Part shown: positions 1-9,529 of the stretch, one piece after another
Layout of the letters: each line of letters starts with the position of its first letter
Position numbering within the stretch: the stretch's first letter is position 1
NCBI GenBank assembly: GCA_046757525.1
Contig: JBHHYI010000118.1
Location: 1-12,948, forward strand
From: a bacterium
GTDB lineage: Bacteria > Zhuqueibacterota > Zhuqueibacteria > Oceanimicrobiales > Oceanimicrobiaceae
DNA: 12,948 bases
Direction: 5' to 3'
Made by a program: the position numbers and the translations under genes
Notes under the pieces: model-generated
Told to the model about the DNA's origin: nothing
The model's database searches: none
What the model saw: the letters and a program-made list of their open reading frames with translations, nothing else

Positions 1-180
1 GGCAGCCGCCTGACTCGAAATGACAATTTTGGGCGCTTAAGTTGACGCCAATGCGCGAAAGTTGGAATCTATAACCCATTGATTTTTCTGGATTCCTGTT
101 TTGGTCATCCGGCGGCTGCCGGACGACTGATTCGCAGGAATGACAAATCGGAGGCTTTTTTCGACTTTTTGGACAGCCGC
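1..180. repeat. Cluster of REP/dRS3-like palindromic units, probably continuing left of the window
   Basis: Half-units GCGAAAGTTGGAATCTA (55-71) and CTGGATTCCTG...TTCGCAGGAATGAC (88-144) resemble the widespread GTCATTCCCGCGAAAGCGGGAATCC palindrome. AATGACAA occurs twice (19-26, 139-146). Positions 1-10 are the reverse complement of 111-120. There is an internal hairpin at 102-129. Confidence 0.6.
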
Positions 181-240
181 AACGGGTGCCGTTGGTTACC
201 TCACCGTAACTGAGGTCTTGGATTTATTTACACTTTTTCG

Positions 241-269
241 TTGAACTTTACTTTGTTTTAAAATATATT
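241..269 (+). promoter_or_regulatory. Putative sigma70-type promoter for the YfiM-like gene
   Basis: TTGAAC (241-246), 17-bp spacer, TATATT (264-269) in an AT-rich stretch. Confidence 0.5.
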
Positions 270-393
270 ACCGCAAGCAGTCCTGCGCTAATCTTCTAAA
301 CCTCAGGGGCATTCCACGGTTCGCTCAGCTTAGATTCTCATCGGGTCTGTGCCTACGCATTTTGGTGAGTCCAAACAGTCTGTTGAAAGGGTC

Positions 394-1440
394 ATGCGGT
401 TCAAAGGGTCTAAATCGAGCCAGAGGCCAGGGCTGGCGGTTCCGGCTGCTCTGGTTCTCTTCTGTGGGTTGCTCGCACCTGCGACCATCTCAGATACCGC
501 GTTGATTCCACGAACACGTTTGTTGCCGCCGAGAGCTCTGACTCGGGCTTGCCTGGTTGAGAAACCCTTGCCGCGCCTCCCGTTGTTTTCAGTTAATCGA
601 GCGAATCACCAAACTCAAGCCGGCGCCCGTGGTTTACAAGCGATTCCTTCAAGAACCATTCGGTCCCAACTCGTAACAATGCGCAGCGTCATGCTGGCGG
701 GTCTGAAGAATCCCATGCGCAACAATCAAGAGGGGAGGGTTCGCCAAAGCCCCAAAATGCGGCTCCTGTTTTTAGGCGCGATCGGGTCGGGTACACTTAC
801 CTTCTTGTATCGGGAATTCAATGCTTCCTTCGGGGCGCCAAACCGGAAATTGAGAATCGGCAGCGATTGGACCAGCGACCATGCCATGCAACTCGACGAA
901 TTCTTGCATTTCATGGGCAGTTACCATCTCACGCAGGCGATGACCTCCCTGCTGCGTTGGTCAGGAGTACCCGGAGGTAAGGCGTCACTTTATGGCGCCC
1001 TGGGTGTGGGCACGTTGATGACAGCCCTGGAACTGCTGGACGGCATGCGCAGCCGCAAACCAGCGAGCATCACAGATTTTGCGGCCAACATTGGCGGCAT
1101 CGCTTTTGCCCTGGTGCGGCCCAAATCGGCTTTTCTGAGAAATATTGACTTCTCCGTTTCTTTCGACCATCCTACCGGGCTGTTTAAGCGCGACTTGCTG
1201 CTGCGTTATGACCACATCCGTGCCTGGGTCTCCTATTCGCTGAAGCAGCAACTGAATCTGCCCCTTTCTCTCGGTCTCGGTTACGGCGTCAGGAAACCGT
1301 TTGAAGAAGCTGCTTCCAGGCAATATTATTTAAGCCTGGGCCTGAATTTGGCGGAATTGTTCTCAGCGCGGCGGCGTACTGAAATTGGCAATTTTGATTG
1401 GTTGGGAGCGTTCAGGATTTCGCCCGCAATTAAATTTTGA
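394..1440 (+). CDS. YfiM/DUF2279-like membrane or outer-membrane protein; start uncertain (349, 394 or later)
   Basis: C-terminal half has LDEFLHFMGSYHLT, ELLDG and SITDFAANIGG, resembling the YfiM/DUF2279 D..HF..SY / E..DG / S..D..AN..G motifs. ATG at 394 is followed by a hydrophobic segment. The protein ends in Phe. Confidence 0.6.
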   Translation: MRFKGSKSSQRPGLAVPAALVLFCGLLAPATISDTALIPRTRLLPPRALTRACLVEKPLPRLPLFSVNRANHQTQAGARGLQAIPSRTIRSQLVTMRSVMLAGLKNPMRNNQEGRVRQSPKMRLLFLGAIGSGTLTFLYREFNASFGAPNRKLRIGSDWTSDHAMQLDEFLHFMGSYHLTQAMTSLLRWSGVPGGKASLYGALGVGTLMTALELLDGMRSRKPASITDFAANIGGIAFALVRPKSAFLRNIDFSVSFDHPTGLFKRDLLLRYDHIRAWVSYSLKQQLNLPLSLGLGYGVRKPFEEAASRQYYLSLGLNLAELFSARRRTEIGNFDWLGAFRISPAIKF

Positions 1441-1650
1441 CCGCGTGAATTAACTATTCGCCTGCTCGTTCAGTTGTACATAAAAATAGTACCTGGTCAA
1501 ACATCAACCTGCTCCCCACAACACCCCGCGTGCGGGTCTCGTACCGGGCGTTTCATCGCTGGACTGAGTCTAAAGCAAGAAAGTTCTTTCTTACTATTGG
1601 TGGTATTGATAGTGGTAAAAATAAGGTGCCAAGGTGGTGGAATGTTCTGT

Positions 1651-2418
1651 TTACTTTGACCGCCGCCTATTGAGAATTTCGATGACCCGTTCATGAAGTG
1701 GGCCGCCAGTTGCGACGACGCTTGTACCCTTAGCCGGGTCGTCGCCATGGTAGTCGGTAATGGTTCCCCCTCCCCCATGAACAATGGGAACGAGCGCCAT
1801 GATGTCCCAGGGATTCAGGATCGGATCGATCATAACGTCGATATGCCCCGTTACCAAAAGAAAATAGCCATAACAATCGCCCCAGCCGCGAAATACTTTG
1901 ACCTGTTTGCGCAAAGCTTCAAAATTGGCAAAATTTTGGTGCTCTTTCACAAGGTATGGGTCCGTGGTCAATAAAACTGCATCTGCAATCCTTGTGCACG
2001 GACGAACGCACACCTTGTTCCCGTTTAGGGTTGTTTCGGATTTCCTGCCGACCAGCATCTCCCCCAAGATCGGCTGGTGAATCACGCCAAGTATCGGTTG
2101 GCCGTCTTTGACCAGGGCAATGAGGGTGCCGAACATCCAGCCGCCCGCAATAAAGTTTAGTGTGCCGTCGATTGGGTCCAGCACCCATTTGTACCGGGCA
2201 TCGGCCCTATAACTGCCAAATTCCTCACCGAATATGCCGTGGTCCGGGAATTCCTTCATGATCAAGTCCCGCATCACTTCTTCGGCCCTTTTGTCGGCGA
2301 TCGTTACCGGAGATTCATCAGGTTTGGTATGGATAGAAAGCGCGGTTCGAAAATATTGACGAATGATCTCTCCGCTTCTTTCAGCCAACAGAACAGCAAA
2401 CTCTCTGAATTCTCTCAT
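1651..2418 (-). CDS. hisN: Histidinol-phosphate phosphatase, inositol monophosphatase family (alternative start 2475)
   Basis: IMPase motifs SPVTIADKRAE, GEE, WVLDPIDGT, WGDCYGY and PWD; last gene of the his operon. Confidence 0.9.
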   Translation of the reverse strand: MREFREFAVLLAERSGEIIRQYFRTALSIHTKPDESPVTIADKRAEEVMRDLIMKEFPDHGIFGEEFGSYRADARYKWVLDPIDGTLNFIAGGWMFGTLIALVKDGQPILGVIHQPILGEMLVGRKSETTLNGNKVCVRPCTRIADAVLLTTDPYLVKEHQNFANFEALRKQVKVFRGWGDCYGYFLLVTGHIDVMIDPILNPWDIMALVPIVHGGGGTITDYHGDDPAKGTSVVATGGPLHERVIEILNRRRSK

Positions 2419-2521
2419 GGTTTTCACTGATTCTTTTTCTTTTGCCCAAATTGAGCGATTCTCGCTGTCAGTCATACGGAGTATCGCTCAGCTTAGGTTT
2501 TAATGTGCCGCGATGGTGTTC

Positions 2522-2842
2522 CTACAAAATAGTCCGGAAAAAGCAGGAGCGATTGCCGGTGTGACACGCATTGCCGATTTGTGCAACTTCCACAAGGAGT
2601 GTGTCTGCGTCACAATCGTACTTAATGGCTTTGACGTGCTGAAAATGACCGCTGGTTTCACCTTTAAGCCAGAGCTTTTGACGGGAACGAGAATAATAGT
2701 GCGCTCTTTTGGTTCTCAAAGTAAGCTCCAGACTCTCCCGATTCATGTAAGCCACCATAAGCACATCCTTGCTCTGAAAATCTGTTACAACAGCAGGTAT
2801 CAGGCCTTTGTCGTCAAATCTGAGTTGATCCAGGACTTCCAT
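2522..2842 (-). CDS. hisI: Phosphoribosyl-AMP cyclohydrolase, monofunctional, 106 aa
   Basis: [30 protein letters not shown] and [10 protein letters not shown]; no C-terminal HisE domain. Confidence 0.95.
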   Translation of the reverse strand: MEVLDQLRFDDKGLIPAVVTDFQSKDVLMVAYMNRESLELTLRTKRAHYYSRSRQKLWLKGETSGHFQHVKAIKYDCDADTLLVEVAQIGNACHTGNRSCFFRTIL

Positions 2843-2843
2843 T

Positions 2844-3602
2844 TTATATCCTTACCGGTATATTTCGAGTGACTAAATGTTCTTTCACATCCCGAATACT
2901 GAATCTGCTAAAATGAAAAACTGAAGCGGCGAGAGCAGCGTCGGCACAACCCCCTTGAAACACCTCTTCGAAATGGCGTAACTCTCCGCCACCACCAGAG
3001 GCGATCACCGGAATATTCACTGTTGTCGCGATTCGTTTGGTGATTTCGATTTCAAATCCATTCTTGCTTCCGTCTTTGTCCATACTTGTGAGCAGGATTT
3101 CACCCGCACCGAGTGACGTTACATGCTGAGCCCAGTCAACAGCGTCTAAATCCGTTGCCCGGCTGCCGCCATGGGTGAAAACTTTCCATCTATCCGGCTC
3201 AACTTTCTTCACATCAATGGCAACGACTACACATTGCGAGCCAAACATTTGTGCCGCTTTCGTTATTAAAGATGGCTGGCTAACAGCAGCCGTATTCAGG
3301 GCTATTTTGTCCGCACCTCTTGTTAGAATCTCACGTATGCTTTCCAAAGAATTCAAACCTCCACCGATGGTGAATGGAATGAATACTTGTTCGGCAAGTT
3401 TTTCCACTAAATCAAAAACGAGTGGTCTCTTTTCCCTGGAGGCTGTGATGTCCAAAAACACCAATTCGTCTGCTCGTTCTTGAACATAGCGTTTGGCCAA
3501 TTTGACGGGGTCGCCGGCATCGCGGAGATTCTCAAATTGGATTCCTTTAACTACTCGGCCGTCCTTGACATCCAAACAGGGTATGATGCGTTTGGCAAGC
3601 AT
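2844..3602 (-). CDS. hisF: Imidazole glycerol phosphate synthase cyclase subunit
   Basis: [46 protein letters not shown] and IASGGGG; 1-nt TAATG overlap with hisA. Confidence 0.97.
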   Translation of the reverse strand: MLAKRIIPCLDVKDGRVVKGIQFENLRDAGDPVKLAKRYVQERADELVFLDITASREKRPLVFDLVEKLAEQVFIPFTIGGGLNSLESIREILTRGADKIALNTAAVSQPSLITKAAQMFGSQCVVVAIDVKKVEPDRWKVFTHGGSRATDLDAVDWAQHVTSLGAGEILLTSMDKDGSKNGFEIEITKRIATTVNIPVIASGGGGELRHFEEVFQGGCADAALAASVFHFSRFSIRDVKEHLVTRNIPVRI

Positions 3603-4315
3603 TACAATACCTCCTGCGGGGCGATGCGGCCTTCATACAGGGCCCGACCGACCACCACACTGTCTACGCCAAACGGTTGTAGCTTGCGCAATGCATTCAA
3701 ATCTTGCTTCGAGGAAACGCCACCAGACGCGATCACTCTCAAGCCTGTCTCAACAGCAACGTTCTTTATGGCTGGCAAGTTGAGCCCCGAAAACATGCCG
3801 TCGCGTAAAATATCTGTATAAAGAATTCTCTCTAAACCGAATTCTTTGAATTTAGTAGCCAGCTCAATCGCGCTTACCCCAGTGGTTTTTTGCCAGCCAT
3901 CTACTGCAACCATTCCGTTTCGCGCATCCACAGCCAGAATAATCCTATGGGATCCAAACTCCTTGATACACATTTTGAATATCTCGGGACGCTTCACTGC
4001 CAGAGTACCAATAACGACCCTATCCACTCCCACAGTTAGCCATGCCTCAATGGCCTCGAGAGACCTAATCCCGCCTCCCAGTTGAATCGGGATTTTGATT
4101 TTGGGGAACATTTTTTCGACAACACTTGTGTTTTGGGTGCGTCCGGTTTGAGCGCCATCCAAATCCACAATATGGAGCCTCCTGGCACCTAAGCTTTGAA
4201 ATGAACTGGCTACTTCGACGGGATCATCCGAATAAATCGTTTGTTGTGAGAATACGCCCTGCCGCAATCGAACGCATCTCCTCTCTTTTATATCAATAGC
4301 TGGAATAACCAACAT
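3602..4315 (-). CDS. hisA: ProFAR isomerase
   Basis: [38 protein letters not shown] and VIASGGV. Confidence 0.96.
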   Translation of the reverse strand: MLVIPAIDIKERRCVRLRQGVFSQQTIYSDDPVEVASSFQSLGARRLHIVDLDGAQTGRTQNTSVVEKMFPKIKIPIQLGGGIRSLEAIEAWLTVGVDRVVIGTLAVKRPEIFKMCIKEFGSHRIILAVDARNGMVAVDGWQKTTGVSAIELATKFKEFGLERILYTDILRDGMFSGLNLPAIKNVAVETGLRVIASGGVSSKQDLNALRKLQPFGVDSVVVGRALYEGRIAPQEVL

Positions 4316-4318
4316 TTG

Positions 4319-4918
4319 CTACAAATCCGAAAAATTTTTTAAAAGCTCTAGCCCCAATTCCTGACTTTTTTCCGGATGGAATTGCACTCCAAAAACATTA
4401 TCTTGTTCTGTTACGCACGGAAAACTCGTGCCGTACTCAGTGGTCGCGGTGACCGTTTCTTTGCTTTCGGGTTCACAATAGTAAGAATGCACAAAATAAG
4501 CAAATCGCGTGGGAGGAAGTCCTTTGAACAATTTCGAGGGTCTGGTTGAATTTATTTCGTTCCACCCAACATGCGGTACCTTGACATTTCCTACCAGTTG
4601 TTTCACATGACCAGGGATCAAATCAAGGCCAGACTTACCGCCCCCTTCTTCACTATCTGTGAACAAAAGCTGCATACCCAGACAGATCCCCAAAATCGGC
4701 ACCCCATTCTTAGCGCCTTCAATTATCGGGGCTTTTAGGTCAAATATGTGGAGATTCTCCACGGCATACGCAAAAGCGCCCACGCCAGGCAGCAGCAGTT
4801 TTTCTGCTGTCGCTATTTCCGCAGCCGAGCTGATGAGCTTGCATGGAATCTCAAGAAATTCCAAGGCATTTTTCAGACTTTTTAGGTTACCAACGCCATA
4901 ATCCACAATTGAAATCAC
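4319..4918 (-). CDS. hisH: Imidazole glycerol phosphate synthase glutaminase subunit (GTG start at 4918)
   Basis: IVDYGVGN, LPGVGAF, GICLGMQLL, VPHVGWN, YFVHSY and QFHPEKS; GTG start 19 nt after the hisB stop. Confidence 0.95.
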   Translation of the reverse strand: MISIVDYGVGNLKSLKNALEFLEIPCKLISSAAEIATAEKLLLPGVGAFAYAVENLHIFDLKAPIIEGAKNGVPILGICLGMQLLFTDSEEGGGKSGLDLIPGHVKQLVGNVKVPHVGWNEINSTRPSKLFKGLPPTRFAYFVHSYYCEPESKETVTATTEYGTSFPCVTEQDNVFGVQFHPEKSQELGLELLKNFSDL

Positions 4919-4937
4919 GATGCACCCACTTTTAATT

Positions 4938-5525
4938 TCAAATAAGCACGCCCTTGGTGGAGGCGGGTCCACTTCTATTTTTGTCCAATTGCACGGCTTG
5001 TCTCAAGGCGACGGCGACGGCTTTGAACAACGCTTCAATCTTATGATGAGTATTAGCCCCATAAAGCAATTTCAAATGGAGCGTAATTCCCGCATGAGTG
5101 ACGAAGGCCTGAAAAAATTCTCTCGTAAGTTCGGTATCGAAATCACCGACCCTGGACTGACGGAATTCCGCGTCAAAGGCCAAAAAAGGACGCCCTGAAA
5201 TATCCACCGCTGCTCTCGCCAATGATTCGTCCATCGGGACCCAGGCCGTGGCGTAACGCACAATTGCCTGTTCTCCAGATAATGCTTTGTGAAACGCCTG
5301 TCCCAAAACGATACCAACATCTTCAACCGTGTGATGAGCATCAACGTGTAGGTCTCCCTGGCATTTGACATTTAAATCAAAGCAGCCATGAAAAGCGAAC
5401 AGTTCAAGCATGTGATTGAAGAATCCAATCCCAGTTGAAATCCGGCTCTGACCTTCGCCCCTTATATCAAATTCCAAAGTGATATTGGTCTCGTTTGTTT
5501 TGCGTTCAAGCCTGGTTTTAGACAT
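4938..5525 (-). CDS. hisB: Imidazoleglycerol-phosphate dehydratase, monofunctional
   Basis: RKTNET, TGIGFFNHML, DAHHTVED, PMDESL, NTHHKIEALFKA and STKG; RBS AAGGGG. Confidence 0.96.
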   Translation of the reverse strand: MSKTRLERKTNETNITLEFDIRGEGQSRISTGIGFFNHMLELFAFHGCFDLNVKCQGDLHVDAHHTVEDVGIVLGQAFHKALSGEQAIVRYATAWVPMDESLARAAVDISGRPFLAFDAEFRQSRVGDFDTELTREFFQAFVTHAGITLHLKLLYGANTHHKIEALFKAVAVALRQAVQLDKNRSGPASTKGVLI

Positions 5526-5540
5526 ATTACCCCTTTTGAT

Positions 5541-6611
5541 TTAGGACAAACATAATTGCAGTGCTTTAATCAACTCGTCATTTTCGGACGGCGTACCGAC
5601 GCATATCCGTACCTTGTTTCTGAGGCGAGGATGACTCTTTGAGATATCGCGCACCAAAACTCCGTGCCTCAATAATCTCTCAAATAATTCGGTCCCGTGC
5701 ATTGGCGTTTCAATCATAAAGAAATTGGCCTGGGATGGGAAGACCTGCACGCGTTCCATGGCAAGCAATTCTTGCAGCAAGCGTTCTTTTTCTGTCATAA
5801 TTCTATTGATATTCTCCTGTATCAAATGCCGATGGTTTAGCAGCTTTGTGGCCACGAACTCGGAAAAGATGTTCAAATTGTAAGGGAGTTTTGCTTTGAT
5901 GATTTCTCGCGTGATTCTTGGATGCGCTATCAAATACCCAATTCTCAAACCAGCCAGGCCCATCGCTTTTGAAAAGGTTCTGGTTAAAATCAGATTTCCA
6001 TATTCTTTTTGCAGTTTCAAAAAAGTTTTCCTTGAAAATTCGCAATATGCTTCATCGACAACGACCAGCCCATTAGTCGTTGCCAGGACCTCAATCAGGT
6101 CGGGACCGTGCAAGGTTGAACCCGTTGGACTGTTTGGCGAACAAAAGATACAAAGCTGGAAGGTTTCTTCACGCAAGGCTCCCAAAATCTTTTCTACCGG
6201 AAAAGACCAGTCGTCTTCGAAATCAATCCGATATATTTCACCTTCTGCTATCCGGCCCAACTGCTCATAGATTTGGAAAGTTGGTGTTACAAGCAACAAT
6301 TTTTTATCTTTGGATAAGACAATCGACGTCAGCATTTGTAAAAGCTCATTGGAACCGTTGCCAACAAGAAGACATTCCGAAGCCACTTGCACGTATTTAG
6401 AGAGCTTACCAATTAAAGGCTCGTTTCTAAACGACGGGTAACGATTCCAGGGCAATGCACGAAACTCGGCGAAAACTTCATCCTTGAGCCACATCGGAAT
6501 GTCGTAAGGATTCTCATTCTGGTTCAACTTAAACTTAGAGCTTCTGTCTTGGAGGTAATAAGACGAGATTTCCCTGACAGACGGCTTCACAAATTCTAAA
6601 AAATCATTCAT
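5541..6611 (-). CDS. hisC: Histidinol-phosphate aminotransferase (ATG at 6611, coupled to the hisD stop)
   Basis: KLNQNENP, NRYP, GNGSNE, SPNSPTG, VVDEAY and RTFSKAMGLAGLRIGY (PLP lysine); ATGAATGA overlap with hisD. Confidence 0.95.
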   Translation of the reverse strand: MNDFLEFVKPSVREISSYYLQDRSSKFKLNQNENPYDIPMWLKDEVFAEFRALPWNRYPSFRNEPLIGKLSKYVQVASECLLVGNGSNELLQMLTSIVLSKDKKLLLVTPTFQIYEQLGRIAEGEIYRIDFEDDWSFPVEKILGALREETFQLCIFCSPNSPTGSTLHGPDLIEVLATTNGLVVVDEAYCEFSRKTFLKLQKEYGNLILTRTFSKAMGLAGLRIGYLIAHPRITREIIKAKLPYNLNIFSEFVATKLLNHRHLIQENINRIMTEKERLLQELLAMERVQVFPSQANFFMIETPMHGTELFERLLRHGVLVRDISKSHPRLRNKVRICVGTPSENDELIKALQLCLS

Positions 6612-7875
6612 ATCGACATGTAATGGCGTTTTTGTGATTATCAAGTCCTTCTAATTCTGCAAATTGAGCGATTTTGGGAGCGTCTTGCTCAAATCTTGCT
6701 CTTGAATAATGGATGATTGATGAAAACTTTAGGAAGTCGGACACGCTTAGCGGGGAGGCAAATGTTGCGCTCCTTCCCGTAGGCAGCACATGGTTAGGAC
6801 CGGCGAAATAATCTCCGACCACCACTGGTGTCAGATCGCCCAAGCAGATGGCCCCGGCGTTCTCGATTTGCGACAAAATGGCCTCCGGGCTTTGAGTTAT
6901 GATTTGCACATGTTCAGGGGCAATCTGGTTAACCAATTGTGCGCCTTCTCGCAAGTCGGCAACAATGACGACAGCGCCGTGCTTCCTCAAAGACTGTTCC
7001 AGAATGTCTCTTCTTTGCGTTTTGGCTAATAGCTCATTGGCTTTCATCCGAACCGCATCTGCTAATTCCTTTGATGTCGTGACCAATATGACTCGCGCTT
7101 CTGAATCGTGTTCCGCCTGGGCGAAAAGATCGCGTACGACGTATTCCACGCGTGCGAACTCGTCCGCCAAGATAACCAGCTCCGTGGGGCCGGCAAGCGT
7201 ATCAATCCCGACTGTACCGAACACCTGTCGTTTCGCTTCGTTGACAAATGCGTTACCCGGTCCTACGATTTTGTCTACTTTAGGAATGCTTTCCGTTCCA
7301 AATGCCAGCGCGGCAATAGCCTGAGCCCCGCCGAGGGTGTAGATTTCATGGATACCCAACAGACCCGCTACGGCCATTACGAGCAGATTTGCGAGACCTT
7401 CGTTAATTGGCCGAGATACCAGCACAATGCGTTTCACGCCAGCAATCTGAGCGGGCACTACCGTCATAATTGCGGTTGAGGGATACCCGGCCGATCCCCC
7501 TGGAATGTAGCACCCGACGTTCTTTATGGGAGTAAATCGCATTCCCAATATACTGCCATCCTCCCCCTCTTTCGTCCAAGATTTAGGAAGCTGCTTTTCA
7601 TGAAAATCTCGAACATTCGCTATGGCCTCAAGCAGAATTTCTTTTGTTTCTTCGCTTAGGCTTGTACGGGCCATTTCAATTGCTGCGGCAGGTACCTTTA
7701 AATTATCCAGCCTTACGCTATCATATTTTTCAGAAAAGTAGCGCAAGGCCACATCGCCTTGCTGCCGAACCCGTTCGATGATCCGTCTTACTTGTTTGAA
7801 CAATTGGGGATCCGAGCCGGGTAGGGCTTCCCGCTTGCGCCGAAAGCTGGCTGGCGAATCAAATAATTGCAGCAT
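6604..7875 (-). CDS. hisD: Histidinol dehydrogenase
   Basis: YIPGG, GGAQAIAALAFGT, KIVGPGN, AGPTE, QAEHD, APEH and GDYFAGPNHVLPT. Confidence 0.97.
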   Translation of the reverse strand: MLQLFDSPASFRRKREALPGSDPQLFKQVRRIIERVRQQGDVALRYFSEKYDSVRLDNLKVPAAAIEMARTSLSEETKEILLEAIANVRDFHEKQLPKSWTKEGEDGSILGMRFTPIKNVGCYIPGGSAGYPSTAIMTVVPAQIAGVKRIVLVSRPINEGLANLLVMAVAGLLGIHEIYTLGGAQAIAALAFGTESIPKVDKIVGPGNAFVNEAKRQVFGTVGIDTLAGPTELVILADEFARVEYVVRDLFAQAEHDSEARVILVTTSKELADAVRMKANELLAKTQRRDILEQSLRKHGAVVIVADLREGAQLVNQIAPEHVQIITQSPEAILSQIENAGAICLGDLTPVVVGDYFAGPNHVLPTGRSATFASPLSVSDFLKFSSIIHYSRARFEQDAPKIAQFAELEGLDNHKNAITCRYE

Positions 7876-7877
7876 GA

Positions 7878-8750
7878 TTAATAAATCACCTTGTTTAATG
7901 GATATTCAATGATATCTTCTGCACCAGCTTTTTTTAGCTGAGGAATAATTTTCCGCACGATTCGTTCGTCAATTATTGTTTCCAAGGCTATCCACTCATT
8001 CCCCAGTAGCTCCGAAATCGTCGGCCGCTTCATGGCTGGCAGAATCTCCCGAACTTTTCCGATATCCGATTTCCTCAAATTTAACTTCAGGCCGACTTTT
8101 CCACTCGCCTGAATGGCCCCTTGCATGAGCAAGGCGATGCTGTCAATCTTGTCCCTCTTCCATGGATCTTCGTAGCTTTGTTCGTTTGCGATTAACCGTA
8201 CCGTCGATTCCAAAACTGTGTCCACAATGCGTAATTTATTGGCTCGAAGAGAACTACCTGATTCGGTGATTTCCACAATCGCATCGACCAGTTCCGGAGT
8301 TTTGGCCTCAGTGGCGCCCCATGAGAACTCGACCTCGGCCTGAATATTATGGGCTTTCAAATACTTTTTGGTAATGTTAACGACTTCAGTGGCAATACGT
8401 TTACCGTTCAGATCTTGAATGGTTTGAACCTCCGAGTTTTCGGGAACGGCAACCACCCAGCGAACCGGTCGAAAGCTCGCTTTGGAATACACCAATTCAG
8501 CCACCTCGAGCACCTTGACGTTGTTTTCCGTTATCCAGTCTTTGCCGGTGATGCCGACATCCAGCACCCCGTCAGCGACGTATCTTGGAATCTCCTGAGC
8601 GCGAATGAGAATGGCTTCCAGTTCCTTGTCATCGCTAGAGGGAAAATAAGAGCGCTCACGGAGAAAGAAATTAAAGCCGGCCTTACTTAATAGATCAAGA
8701 GTTGCGTCCTGCAAACTACCTTTCGGTAAGGCTATTCTAAGATTATTCAA
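7878..8750 (-). CDS. hisG: ATP phosphoribosyltransferase, long form with C-terminal regulatory domain
   Basis: [41 protein letters not shown] and C-terminal PTIS...[18 protein letters not shown] start with RBS GAGGTG. Confidence 0.96.
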   Translation of the reverse strand: MNNLRIALPKGSLQDATLDLLSKAGFNFFLRERSYFPSSDDKELEAILIRAQEIPRYVADGVLDVGITGKDWITENNVKVLEVAELVYSKASFRPVRWVVAVPENSEVQTIQDLNGKRIATEVVNITKKYLKAHNIQAEVEFSWGATEAKTPELVDAIVEITESGSSLRANKLRIVDTVLESTVRLIANEQSYEDPWKRDKIDSIALLMQGAIQASGKVGLKLNLRKSDIGKVREILPAMKRPTISELLGNEWIALETIIDERIVRKIIPQLKKAGAEDIIEYPLNKVIY

Positions 8751-8810
8751 CTTATCACCTCGCTCTGTCTTTATTCGAAAAAGAGTAAATCTGTCTTTCC
8801 GTGGGTGTAG

Positions 8811-8850
8811 AAAACAAAAAACCCACTATCAAGAAATTGATAATGGGTTT
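8811..8850 (-). terminator. Attenuator terminator (3:4 hairpin) of the his operon
   Basis: Minus strand AAACCCATTATCAA-TTTC-TTGATAGTGGGTTT (14-bp stem, one G-U) followed by TTTGTTTT. Confidence 0.9.
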
Positions 8851-8876
8851 GTGATTGACTAAGATTTAAACTTTAT

Positions 8877-8990
8877 CTACGTCATCGGTCCGAAGCGCAG
8901 TACGCTCACAGAACCCACCATCAAATTCAAATGGCGATGATCGTGTCGATGATGAGTGTGAACGTAATTTTTGTGGACCAATGACTTCAT
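8877..8990 (-). CDS. hisL: his operon leader peptide, 37 aa: MKSLVHKNYVHTHHRHDHRHLNLMVGSVSVLRFGPMT
   Basis: Hand-translated from ATG 8990 to TAG 8877. Seven His codons lie in residues 6-20, with AGGA 10 nt upstream. The ORF overlaps the alternative hairpins. Confidence 0.88.
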   Translation of the reverse strand: MKSLVHKNYVHTHHRHDHRHLNLMVGSVSVLRFGPMT

Positions 8991-9029
8991 ATCTATCTAT
9001 TCCTAAGAAACGTTTGCCTAATAGCATTT

Positions 9030-9057
9030 AATATAATAAATAAAGTCTTAAACGCAA
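9030..9057 (-). promoter_or_regulatory. Putative sigma70 promoter of the his operon
   Basis: Minus strand TTGCGT (9057-9052), 16-bp spacer, TATATT (9035-9030), about 40 nt upstream of the leader ATG. Confidence 0.55.
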
Positions 9058-9097
9058 GTAATTTTTTACACACGCTTCCTCAATTTCATACGGGTAG

Positions 9098-9236
9098 TGT
9101 GCGCCTGCCAGCAATCGACTCTTCCGGTAGCTCGAGCACTTAACATCGGCCCCACTCACAGACCATCAAAGAATGCGCGACCAGACCGTCTCCTGCCAGG
9201 AGGAAACTATCCAGGTCCGGCTGCAGGCAAAGCACA
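9098..9236 (-). ncRNA. Putative structured RNA element of unknown family, possibly an IS110 non-coding end
   Basis: Closing helix TGTGC(TTT)GCCTGCAGC (9236-9220) pairs with GCT(G)GCAGGCGCACA (9112-9098). A nested hairpin at 9219-9182 has G-U pairs only on the minus strand. Confidence 0.35.
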
Positions 9237-9362
9237 AATCTATAATGATGAAAGCTGACGCCGTTCTTGTTGCCAGGCGCGATTTTCATCATGCTGCAGC
9301 TTAAACCCAAAACATTAGGCGGATAGTTAAGTAGTACGGAACTGCAGTATCGGGGCATTGTC

Positions 9363-9529
9363 AATGTCATCCTTTGAAGGTCAAGATAGTTCTTGAAAAT
9401 ATCAAAATCATTTGGCATATTACAGTGAAGGAGGATTTCTCCTTCTTTGTCCATCACACTGATGTACATCGAACGGGAATGCAGGTCGACGCAACAGTAA
9501 TACTTTGATTCAACTTTGGCGAATCGCAT
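9363..9529 (-). pseudogene. IS110-family (DEDD) transposase N-terminal remnant
   Basis: MRFAKVESKYYCCVDLHSRSMYISVMDKEGEILLHCNMPN resembles the IS110 Y(C/V)G(V/I)DLH first catalytic Asp region. RBS GAGG precedes ATG 9529. Similarity is lost after about 50 codons. Confidence 0.75.

Noticed and set aside
1589..1613. Possible terminator between the convergent YfiM-like gene and hisN
   Set aside because: The stem relies on many G-U pairs and lacks a U-tract on the + strand
321..2496. 13-nt direct repeat TCGCTCAGCTTAG at 321-333 and 2484-2496
   Set aside because: About one 13-mer match is expected by chance in 13 kb, and nothing mobile lies between the copies
1474..8690. Many short alternative ORFs over the his operon (e.g. 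2513-2872, 5896-6270, 6899-7324)
   Set aside because: They are antisense or off-frame shadows of well-supported his genes and have no motifs
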